Below, piece after piece: positions 25,960-33,476 of a stretch of 39,680 bases of DNA (the first letter of the stretch is position 1; each line of letters begins with the position of its first letter). The position numbers and the translations under genes are program-made. The notes under the pieces are model-generated. The model was not told where the DNA came from and did no database searches. It saw only the letters and a list, made by a program, of their open reading frames with translations. Source of the stretch: Sporichthyaceae bacterium (GTDB taxonomy: Bacteria > Actinomycetota > Actinomycetes > Sporichthyales > Sporichthyaceae); assembly GCA_035644015.1 (NCBI GenBank), contig DASQPJ010000281.1, positions 1 to 39,680 of the forward strand. The letters are read 5' to 3'.

Positions 25960-26261
25960 CATGATCAACATACAAGGTGATGAATGCACGACGTCAAGTA
26001 ACGGCGTCGTCAAGAGACCTTGATCAACTTCCAAAGGATTCATTTTTGGAAAGCACTCTAGATAACTCTGCAAAGTCAATTTTTTGAAATATTCGCGATG
26101 CTCTGTGGCAGAATCCGCGGCGACCCGTTGCCCGTTTCCGCAGCGCTGCAACGCATCGCGACCCCGACAGTGGGACGCACCCACGCCGTAGGGATCTGGT
26201 GCGTGTCCGCAGACCGAGACAACTCTGAGCCGACATTAATCTTTTCGTAATAGATCGGCCT

Positions 26262-26296
26262 TTGACTGCTGACTTAAGTCACACGTATTTCTCGTG
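26262..26296 (+). promoter_or_regulatory. promoter-like element with an embedded perfect 12-bp palindrome (candidate operator)
   Basis: TTGACT (26262-26267), an 18-nt spacer, then TATTTC. The spacer contains the perfect palindrome TGACTTAAGTCA (26270-26281). It lies ~245 nt upstream of the multicopper oxidase start. Confidence 0.3.
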
Positions 26297-26538
26297 GTTA
26301 TCCGCATCGGTAAACCTCCAGCAACCACCCAGGTTATGGAAATCAACTGGAAACGTCGCCGAGCGTTGCCGGCCGAATACTGCTGGTCGCCGAAATTCAT
26401 CCGCTGCCGACCGCGCCATTCGCCGAGACGGATTGATGTGTTTCACGCCACAGCGAGCAATTTCGTCGTGCTCGCGTATTTCGACGGTTCCCGAAGCCGG
26501 CCACTACGGGTCGCCTCCGTGCGGCGCTAACCTTTGCC

Positions 26539-28035
26539 ATGACCGACATCAGTCGCCGCGGCGCGATCGCGCTGGGCGGGCTCAGCGTGGCCGGCCTCAT
26601 TGTTGCCGCGCCCGAGCGGGTCGCCGGCCAGGTCCGGGCAACCCCACGACAACTGACCGGCGAGGTGTTGCGCCAGCCGCGGGTGCTGGCCAGCCGCGGC
26701 GGTCGGCTTCGGGTCGAGCTCGTCGCGGCGCCGCGCGGGCCACGGGCGGGGCACGCCACCGGCAAGTTGGGCTTCAACGGCACCTCACCCGGACCGACCC
26801 TGCGGATGCGCCCCGGTGACGAACTTGCGCTGCACCTGACCAACCACCTCGACCAGCCGACCAACCTGCACACCCACGGGCTGCGGGTTTCCCCGCAGCA
26901 CAACAGCGACAACCCCTTCGTGCAGGTGGATCCCGGCACGTCGTTCGACTACCTCATCCGGCTCGCTCCCGATCACCCGACCGGGACCTTCTGGTACCAC
27001 CCGCACCACCACGGGACAGTCGCCGACCAAGTCTTCGGGGGATTGTTCGGTGCGCTGTTGGTCGAACCGCGTTCCGGGCACGGCCCCGACCTGGCCACCG
27101 CCGAGGATCGGGTGCTAGTCGTTTCCGACATCACCCTGGACGCCCACGGTCGGGTCGCCCGAGCCGGCGGCATGGATAAAATGATGGGCCGTCAGGGCGA
27201 GCTGGTGCTGGTCAACGGCGCGCACCGACCCACCATCCCCGCGGCCCCCGGTGCGCCGCAGCGCTGGCGCATCATCAACGCCTGCGCAAGCCGGGTGCTG
27301 GCGCTGCGGCTACAGGGCCACGAACTCGGGCAGATCGCGGCGGACGGCACCTTCCTGCCCGCCCCGGCAATCAAGGATCGCGTGGTGCTCGCGCCCGGCA
27401 ACCGGGCGGACGTCATCATCCGTCCCACCAAGGCCGGCTACTACGACCTGACTGCCGAGCCGTTCCAGGATCTCGTCGACACGGCGCTGAGCCTCGGGGA
27501 GCCGGTCAATATGGTCACCCTGGCCACCATGGCCGTCGCGGGACCACCCGCGACCGCGCCGCGGCTCCCGCTCACCCTGCCCGCCGAGCCGCCTTCCACC
27601 GCACCCGCCACCGTCCGACGCCAGATCACCATCCAAATGGGCATGGGCGGGATGGGCGGCGGCGGCATGGGCCACGGGATGGCCAGGGGTCATGGCGGCG
27701 ACGACGACATGGCCTTCACGATCAACGGGCGCAGCTTCGACCCGGCACGCGACGATGAGACCGTCACGTTCGGCACCGTCGAGGAATGGACTGTCATCAA
27801 CGACAGCCCGCTGCCGCATCCGTTCCACCTGCACACCTGGCCGTTCACCGTGCTGGCCAACAGCGACCTCACCCCACCGTCCGGGGTGGCGCAGGACGTG
27901 GTGCTGATCCCCGCCCACGGCTGGGTCACCCTGAAGATCCCGTTCACCACGCACTCCGGGCGCAGCGTCTTCCACTGTCACACCCTCGATCACGGCGACG
28001 GCGGAATGATGGCCACCGTCAACGTACGCCGCTGA
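26539..28035 (+). CDS. Tat-exported multicopper oxidase with a Met/His/Gly-rich insert
   Basis: Twin-arginine signal MTDISRRGAIALGGLSVAGL. Copper-ligand motifs HTHGLRV, WYHPHHHG, HPFHLHTWPF and HCHTLDHGDGGMM. Met-rich insert QMGMGGMGGGGMGHGMARGHGGDDDM at about 27634-27712. Confidence 0.92.
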   Translation: MTDISRRGAIALGGLSVAGLIVAAPERVAGQVRATPRQLTGEVLRQPRVLASRGGRLRVELVAAPRGPRAGHATGKLGFNGTSPGPTLRMRPGDELALHLTNHLDQPTNLHTHGLRVSPQHNSDNPFVQVDPGTSFDYLIRLAPDHPTGTFWYHPHHHGTVADQVFGGLFGALLVEPRSGHGPDLATAEDRVLVVSDITLDAHGRVARAGGMDKMMGRQGELVLVNGAHRPTIPAAPGAPQRWRIINACASRVLALRLQGHELGQIAADGTFLPAPAIKDRVVLAPGNRADVIIRPTKAGYYDLTAEPFQDLVDTALSLGEPVNMVTLATMAVAGPPATAPRLPLTLPAEPPSTAPATVRRQITIQMGMGGMGGGGMGHGMARGHGGDDDMAFTINGRSFDPARDDETVTFGTVEEWTVINDSPLPHPFHLHTWPFTVLANSDLTPPSGVAQDVVLIPAHGWVTLKIPFTTHSGRSVFHCHTLDHGDGGMMATVNVRR

Positions 28036-28118
28036 GGCCATCGACCTTGCTCCTCATGTGAACAGCCGCTAGTCTGGAAGTGAATCCTCACTAGTGCACG
28101 TTTGCGAGGGAGATCGCC

Positions 28119-29258
28119 GTGACGCACCCCTGGGCCGACGCCGAGACCGCCGCGCTCACCGAGATGGCGCGCAAGTTCTTCCTCACCGAGTCAGTGCCGC
28201 ACCGGGAGAAGGCCGAGGCGCGCAAGCACGTCGACCGCGAGTTGTGGCGCAAGGCCGGGGCAGTCGGGCTGCTGTGCGCCTCGATCCCCGAGGAGTACGG
28301 CGGCGGTGGCGGCACCCTGGCCCACGAGTTCGCGATCCTCAGTGCGCAGGCCTCGGTCGGCGAGACCGGGTTCGGCAACCAGGTGCACAGCGGGATCTGC
28401 GCCCACTACATCAACGCGTACGGCAGCGAGGAGCAGAAGAGGCGCTGGCTGCCCGGCATGGCCTCGGGCGACCTGGTCTGCGCAATCGCGATGACCGAGC
28501 CGGGGTGCGGGTCGGACCTCAAGGCGCTACGCACCACCGCGCTGCGCGAGGGCGACGACTTCGTGATCAACGGATCGAAGACGTTCATCACCAACGGCTC
28601 GCAGGCCGATCTGGTCATCGTGGTGTGCAAGACCGACCCGGCGGCGCCCGGCGTGCACGGGGTTTCGCTCGTTGTCGTGGAAACCGCTGCGGTCACCGGT
28701 TACACCGTGGGCCGAGTGCTGGACAAGGCAGGCATGCACGCCTCGGACACCGCGGAGCTGTTCTTCGACGACGTGCGCGTGCCGGTGGGCAACCTGCTCG
28801 GCGAAGCAGGTAAGGGCTTCATCCAGACGATGAAACAACTGCCGCAGGAACGGCTGATCATCGGCGTGTGGGGCGTCGCGGTGATGGAGGCCGCGCTGGC
28901 CGAGACCGTCGCCTACGCGAAGTCCCGCGAAGCCTTCGGCGGCACGCTGTTCGACCTGCAGAACACCCGCTTCGTGCTCGCCGAGTGCGCGACGCTGGCG
29001 CGCATCGCGCGGGTCTTCGTCGACGACTGCATCGTCAAGCACATGCGCGGTGAGCTGGACAACGCGACCGCCTCGATGGCCAAGTACTGGGTGAGTGAGA
29101 CCCAGGGCCAGCTCGTCGACAAGTGCCAGCAGCTATTCGGTGGGTACGGGTTCATGTGGGAGTACCCGATCACCCGGATGGCCGCGGACGGCCGCGTGCA
29201 GCGCATCTACGGCGGCGCCAATGAGCTGATGAAGGAGCTCATCGCCCGCTCCCTGTAG
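28119..29258 (+). CDS. acyl-CoA dehydrogenase
   Basis: 379 aa. GTG start preceded by GAGGGAG. ACAD-like throughout (AMTEPGCGSDL, FITNG, YGGANELMKELIARSL). Confidence 0.92.
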   Translation: MTHPWADAETAALTEMARKFFLTESVPHREKAEARKHVDRELWRKAGAVGLLCASIPEEYGGGGGTLAHEFAILSAQASVGETGFGNQVHSGICAHYINAYGSEEQKRRWLPGMASGDLVCAIAMTEPGCGSDLKALRTTALREGDDFVINGSKTFITNGSQADLVIVVCKTDPAAPGVHGVSLVVVETAAVTGYTVGRVLDKAGMHASDTAELFFDDVRVPVGNLLGEAGKGFIQTMKQLPQERLIIGVWGVAVMEAALAETVAYAKSREAFGGTLFDLQNTRFVLAECATLARIARVFVDDCIVKHMRGELDNATASMAKYWVSETQGQLVDKCQQLFGGYGFMWEYPITRMAADGRVQRIYGGANELMKELIARSL

Positions 29259-29310
29259 CTCTACCACGACCACTGGATTCGATCGCCTGGTCCGGGGTAG
29301 CCCGCCCGCC

Positions 29311-30165
29311 ATGACTGCACTGGCGTGGGCCGATCGACTGGGGAACATGGACCGCCTCGACGGGGCGGTGCAGCGACTGCGCAAGGTCGTGGATCGGTTG
29401 CCGCCGGGCGCGGTCAAGGACGCCCTGCACGGGGTGCCACTGGGCCATCCGCTGCACCCCATGCTGGCGCAGGGAGCGCTGGGCGCCTTCGTGTCCACCG
29501 GCGTACTGGACGCTACGGGCCGCCACGACAGCGCGGCCCGTCTCTTGATCGCCACCGGCTTGGTGGCCTCGCTGCCCGCGGCCGCGGCCGGGGCGGTGGA
29601 CTGGGCGGATCAGCACGAACAACAGACCCGCGTGGGCCTTGTGCACGCGCTGGGGAATGGCGTTGCCCTCGCCTGCTACGCCGCCTCGCTGGTCGCGCGC
29701 GGGCGTGGTCGTCCGGGTGTGGGTCGGACGCTGGGGTTCATCGGCCTCACGGTGGCCGGTGGTGGCGGCTACCTCGGCGGCCACATGGCATTCCGGCAGG
29801 CGTCAGGCGCGAACCACGCGGAGAGCGTGCCGCACCTGGTATCGCCGGGTTGGCACCGCGTGGGCCTCATGTCCAAGATCCCGCAACACGAACCGGTCAA
29901 GCGCCACATCGGTGACGTGCCGGTGTTGGTGCATCGGGACGGGGAGCACGTCGACGTGCTGGCCGACGCATGCCCCCACCTGGCCGCGCCGCTGTCCGAC
30001 GGGAAGATCAGCGACGACGGATGCATCGTGTGCCCATGGCACGGCAGCGCATTCCGGCTGGACGATGGAGAGGTCGTCCACGGCCCGGCGACCGCCCCCG
30101 CCCCGCGCTTCCGCACGAGAATCACCGACGGGATGCTGGAGGCATGCCTGCCGGGCGCGGGCTGA
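29311..30165 (+). CDS. membrane-anchored Rieske [2Fe-2S] protein (DUF2231-like N-terminal domain plus Rieske domain)
   Basis: The N-terminal half has HPLHPML and TM segments typical of DUF2231. The C-terminal Rieske motifs are CPHLAAPL and CPWHGSAF. Confidence 0.8.
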   Translation: MTALAWADRLGNMDRLDGAVQRLRKVVDRLPPGAVKDALHGVPLGHPLHPMLAQGALGAFVSTGVLDATGRHDSAARLLIATGLVASLPAAAAGAVDWADQHEQQTRVGLVHALGNGVALACYAASLVARGRGRPGVGRTLGFIGLTVAGGGGYLGGHMAFRQASGANHAESVPHLVSPGWHRVGLMSKIPQHEPVKRHIGDVPVLVHRDGEHVDVLADACPHLAAPLSDGKISDDGCIVCPWHGSAFRLDDGEVVHGPATAPAPRFRTRITDGMLEACLPGAG

Positions 30166-30712
30166 TCCGACCGGCGCGATCCGGCCCGGGACGCCGCCCC
30201 AGACGGTGCACGGTCCACCCGATCACCGCACCGAAGGCAGCGCCGGCCAGGACGTCGCTGGGCCAGTGAACACGGGTGCGGGCGCGACCGTAAGAGACCA
30301 CCGTCGCCAACGGCGCCACCGCTATGCCCATCCCGGGGCAGCGCAGTGTCACGGCCGTCGTGAAGGCGGCTGCAGAGGCCGCGTGGGAGGAGGGAAAGGA
30401 GGAAGAACGTACCCGCTCCGGCAACGCACGCCGGGCCGGCACCAGCGCCGCCCGCGGGCGGGAACGGTGCACGAGCGTCTTGATGGTGTGCGTCGCGACG
30501 GTGCTCAATGCGACGGCTCCCAATCCCTGCGCAGCCGCCTGCCTCGGCGCACCGTTGCGGGTCGCGGCCAACGCAGCAATCCCGATCCACAGGCCGCCGC
30601 CGCGCGCCGCTGTGGTCAACCACACCACCGCACGAGCAGGAGGTCGGCGTGGCAGCCACGGGGCCAATGCGACCGCGGCGCTCTCCACCCGTTGCGCCGG
30701 CTCGGGATGCAC
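30122..30712 (-). CDS. PAP2-superfamily phosphatase (membrane)
   Basis: PAP2 motifs KTLVHRSRP, PSSH and ARTRVHWPSD. Its 3' end overlaps the convergent Rieske gene by 44 nt. Confidence 0.8.
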   Translation of the reverse strand: MHPEPAQRVESAAVALAPWLPRRPPARAVVWLTTAARGGGLWIGIAALAATRNGAPRQAAAQGLGAVALSTVATHTIKTLVHRSRPRAALVPARRALPERVRSSSFPSSHAASAAAFTTAVTLRCPGMGIAVAPLATVVSYGRARTRVHWPSDVLAGAAFGAVIGWTVHRLGRRPGPDRAGRISPRPAGMPPASRR

Positions 30713-30876
30713 GCGACTTCTCCCCCCAGCTCCCGATGGACGACGCCTTCACAGGCGGTATGCACCTGACGGGCAGACACCAAACGGCGGCGCGGTGGCT
30801 CGATCGCGCATAAGGCCGAGCTGACTGGGAAGTGTCTGGGTGCGCGGCGCCTGCCGGGCGGTGACGAAAGAGCCCG

Positions 30877-30984
30877 ATGAGGTGCCGTTCGGTGACCGAA
30901 GGACTGGCTGTACTGGCGGGTTGGCTGGAGTTCGGCGCCCTGCTCGGCATCCTGGCCGCCTTCCTGCTCCGACGAAGCCGGTGA
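30877..30984 (+). CDS. candidate 35-aa single-TM micro-protein
   Basis: Not in the track. ATG 30877 to TGA 30984 reads MRCRSVTEGLAVLAGWLEFGALLGILAAFLLRRSR. Its stop overlaps the GTG start of the next gene (GTGA). GC3 is about 80% by hand count. Speculative. Confidence 0.25.
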   Translation: MRCRSVTEGLAVLAGWLEFGALLGILAAFLLRRSR

Positions 30985-31418
30985 TCAGCCGGGCGGCGGC
31001 CGTGCTGGCTGCGCTGTTGGTGCTGACCGGCTGTGTGAGTCCGGCGCTGGGTAATGGTTCCTACCGGGGCAAGGGCCAGGCGTCGGTTCAGGCTGCTCTC
31101 AGCGAGGTGGAGACCGCAGCCCTGGTGGTCGAGCAACTCCGCCGCGATCGCATCCCGAAGGCCTACGCCGACGAGACCGTCAGTGCGAGCGAGCAGGCCA
31201 TCGGGTCGATCTCCGAGTCCTTCGGTTCGGTGCAGCCACCCCCGCAATCCGATCAGGTCCACGACGAGGTCACCGCGCTGCTCGACGATGCCGACAGCGC
31301 GATCAGCGCTGCCCGGATCGCCGTGCGCCGCGTCGATCGGCCACGGCTCGGGGAACTCCAGGAGCAGTTGCGTCAGCTCGCCGACCGGCTTCGCGATGCC
31401 GAGAGTCGGCTGTCGTGA
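30981..31418 (+). CDS. putative lipoprotein, helical
   Basis: Track ORF 30840..31418. I prefer GTG 30981, giving (M)ISRAAAVLAALLVLTGC with lipobox LTGC. The stop overlaps the GTG start of the transporter gene. Confidence 0.6.
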   Translation: MISRAAAVLAALLVLTGCVSPALGNGSYRGKGQASVQAALSEVETAALVVEQLRRDRIPKAYADETVSASEQAIGSISESFGSVQPPPQSDQVHDEVTALLDDADSAISAARIAVRRVDRPRLGELQEQLRQLADRLRDAESRLS

Positions 31419-32644
31419 AACGCGTATTCGCGCTCATGCTCGGGGTGCTCACCGCGATCGGTGGGTTCGTCGACATCGGCGACCTGGTCACCAACGCCGT
31501 CGTGGGATCGCGGTTCGGGCTCGGGCTGGCCTGGGTGCTGCCCGTTGGCGTGTTGGGAATCTGCGTGTTCGCCGAGATGAGCGGACGGATCGCGGCAGTG
31601 AGCGGTCGGGCGACCTTCGACCTCGTCCGAGAACGCCTCGGGCCGCGGGTGGGCCTGGTGAACCTCGTCGCCTCCATGGCCGTCACGTTCCTCACGTTCA
31701 TCGCCGAGATCGGCGGCATCAGCCTGGCCCTGGAACTCGCCACCAGCGTCAACGAGTTCTTCTGGGTCCCGGTGGTCGGGGCCACGGTGTGGCTGGTGCT
31801 CTGGCGGGCGTCGTTCTCCCTTATCGAGAACACCTTTGGGCTGCTGGGTCTGACGTTGATCGTCTTCGCGGTCGCGGTGTGGCGCCTGCACCCGGACTGG
31901 TCCGCGTTGGTGCACGAGGCGAGCCACCCCGCCAACACCCACGGGGAGGGCTTGCCCACGTACTTCTATTACGCAGTAGCGCTTTTCGGTGCCGCGATGA
32001 CGCCCTACGAGGTGTTCTTCTTCTCCTCCGGAGGGGTCGAGGAACGGTGGACCGAGAAGGACATCGGCACTATGCGGGCCAACGTCTTCGTCGGGTTTCC
32101 GCTCGGCGGCATCCTCTCGCTGGCAATCGCGGCCACGGCGGCCCTTGTCTTGAAACCCCTCGACATCAGCGTGGAAACCCTCGGTCAGGTCGGGCTGCCG
32201 GTCGGGGTGGCCCTCGGCAAAATCGGCTTGGTGGTCGTGCTGGTGGGCTTCTTCGCCGCCACCTTCGGTGCCGCCTGCGAGACCGGCCTGTCCACCGGGT
32301 ATTCCTTCGCCCAATACTTCGGCTGGCAGTGGGGTAAGTACGTGCGCCCGCGCCAAGCCGCCCGGTTCCACCTGGTGGTGCTGCTGGCGACGATCGTCGC
32401 GGTGGCGACCTTGCTGACCACCGTCGACCCGATCAAGGTCACCGAGTATTCGGTCGTGTTCTCCGCGCTGGCACTGCCGTTGACCTATTTTCCCATCCTG
32501 GTCCTGGCCAACGATCCGGACTACATGGGCGAGCATGTGAACGGGCGGATGGCGAACGCCCTGGGCACCGTGTACCTGGTCGTGGTGGTCGTGGCAGCCG
32601 CTGCGGCCCTACCGCTGATGTTCATCACCAAGGCGGGCCAATGA
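31415..32644 (+). CDS. NRAMP (SLC11)-family metal transporter, divergent, with non-canonical metal-site motifs
   Basis: About 11 TM segments with NRAMP-like TM1 and TM6 regions. TM1 reads DIGD (31472-31483) where canonical MntH has DPGN. TM6 reads GAAMTPY (31988-32008) where canonical is GA(T/I)VMPH. Confidence 0.82.
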   Translation: MKRVFALMLGVLTAIGGFVDIGDLVTNAVVGSRFGLGLAWVLPVGVLGICVFAEMSGRIAAVSGRATFDLVRERLGPRVGLVNLVASMAVTFLTFIAEIGGISLALELATSVNEFFWVPVVGATVWLVLWRASFSLIENTFGLLGLTLIVFAVAVWRLHPDWSALVHEASHPANTHGEGLPTYFYYAVALFGAAMTPYEVFFFSSGGVEERWTEKDIGTMRANVFVGFPLGGILSLAIAATAALVLKPLDISVETLGQVGLPVGVALGKIGLVVVLVGFFAATFGAACETGLSTGYSFAQYFGWQWGKYVRPRQAARFHLVVLLATIVAVATLLTTVDPIKVTEYSVVFSALALPLTYFPILVLANDPDYMGEHVNGRMANALGTVYLVVVVVAAAAALPLMFITKAGQ

Positions 32645-33429
32645 ATACGAACGCGCACCCGCCGGAGCGGGTCGACGCGCGCTATCACCTGCTGGACCGT
32701 CAGATCCTTGACCGGGACGGCGGGATGGTGGCCAAGGTCGATGACCTCGAACTCACCGAGCAGGACGGATCCCTGACCGTGAGCGCACTCCTGCTCGGCC
32801 CCGGTGTACTGGGGCCTCGCCTCGGTGGTCGGCTCGGCGCCTGGATGGCCGCGGTCTGGCGCCGCCTGCACCCGGCGGAAGACCCACGACCGGGCCGGAT
32901 CGACATCAGCAGGGTCAGCTGCGTGGACAGCGCGGTGCACCTGCTCGACTCCCGCGCCGAGATCGGCATCGACGGATTCGAGCACTGGGCCCACACCAAG
33001 GTCGTCTCTCGCCTCCCGTTGGTTGGCCCCGGCGAACCGCCGCCGCAACGGCCCGACTCACCCGGCCCGCCCGCGGGCGCGGTCACCCACCGCGCCTCGG
33101 ACCTGCTCGGCCGACGGGTGTCGGGCCCCGGCGGGGTCCCACGTGGTCATGTCAGCGATCTGCGCCTGCGCACCCACTTCGTCGCCCGGGGCCCGAACTG
33201 GCACACCGCGGGAATGACGGTGACCGATCTGATCCTGAATCAGAAAGCGACCGCCACGCTGCTCGGCTACGAGCGGCGCAACGACCAGGGCCCGTGGGTG
33301 CTACGCGCCGCACTGCGGACCTTCCGGCCCACCATCGCGGGCACGATTCCGTGGCGCGATGCCGACGTCGACTGGCCCGGGCAGACCATCGCCCACGCGG
33401 GGCAGGGCCTCGACGAGTTCGTGCTCTGA
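32641..33429 (+). CDS. hypothetical protein with two PRC-barrel-like repeats
   Basis: ATGA overlap with the transporter gene. YHLLDRQILDRDGGMVAKVDDLEL...VSALLLG and DLLGRRVSGPGGVPRGHVSDLRL resemble PRC-barrel consensus strands. Confidence 0.55.
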   Translation: MNTNAHPPERVDARYHLLDRQILDRDGGMVAKVDDLELTEQDGSLTVSALLLGPGVLGPRLGGRLGAWMAAVWRRLHPAEDPRPGRIDISRVSCVDSAVHLLDSRAEIGIDGFEHWAHTKVVSRLPLVGPGEPPPQRPDSPGPPAGAVTHRASDLLGRRVSGPGGVPRGHVSDLRLRTHFVARGPNWHTAGMTVTDLILNQKATATLLGYERRNDQGPWVLRAALRTFRPTIAGTIPWRDADVDWPGQTIAHAGQGLDEFVL

Positions 33430-33476
33430 CGGGGCCCCGCTCGTTTGCGCCCGCGGAGCCGGGGAACTCCCGGGGT

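Noticed and set aside
25882-26530. ORFs in the AT-rich island (25882..26184 minus, 26024..26236 minus, 26294..26530 plus, and the start of 26262..26819 plus)
   Set aside because: They have weak or no codon bias, no recognisable motifs and no convincing ribosome-binding sites. ORF 26262..26819 runs out of frame into the oxidase gene. The region is treated as non-coding regulatory DNA, although a small foreign gene cannot be excluded.
28036-28118. Short CTAGT/ACTAGT repeats upstream of the acyl-CoA dehydrogenase gene as a TetR-type operator
   Set aside because: Only 5-6-nt matches with irregular spacing, and no regulator gene is adjacent. They may well be chance occurrences.
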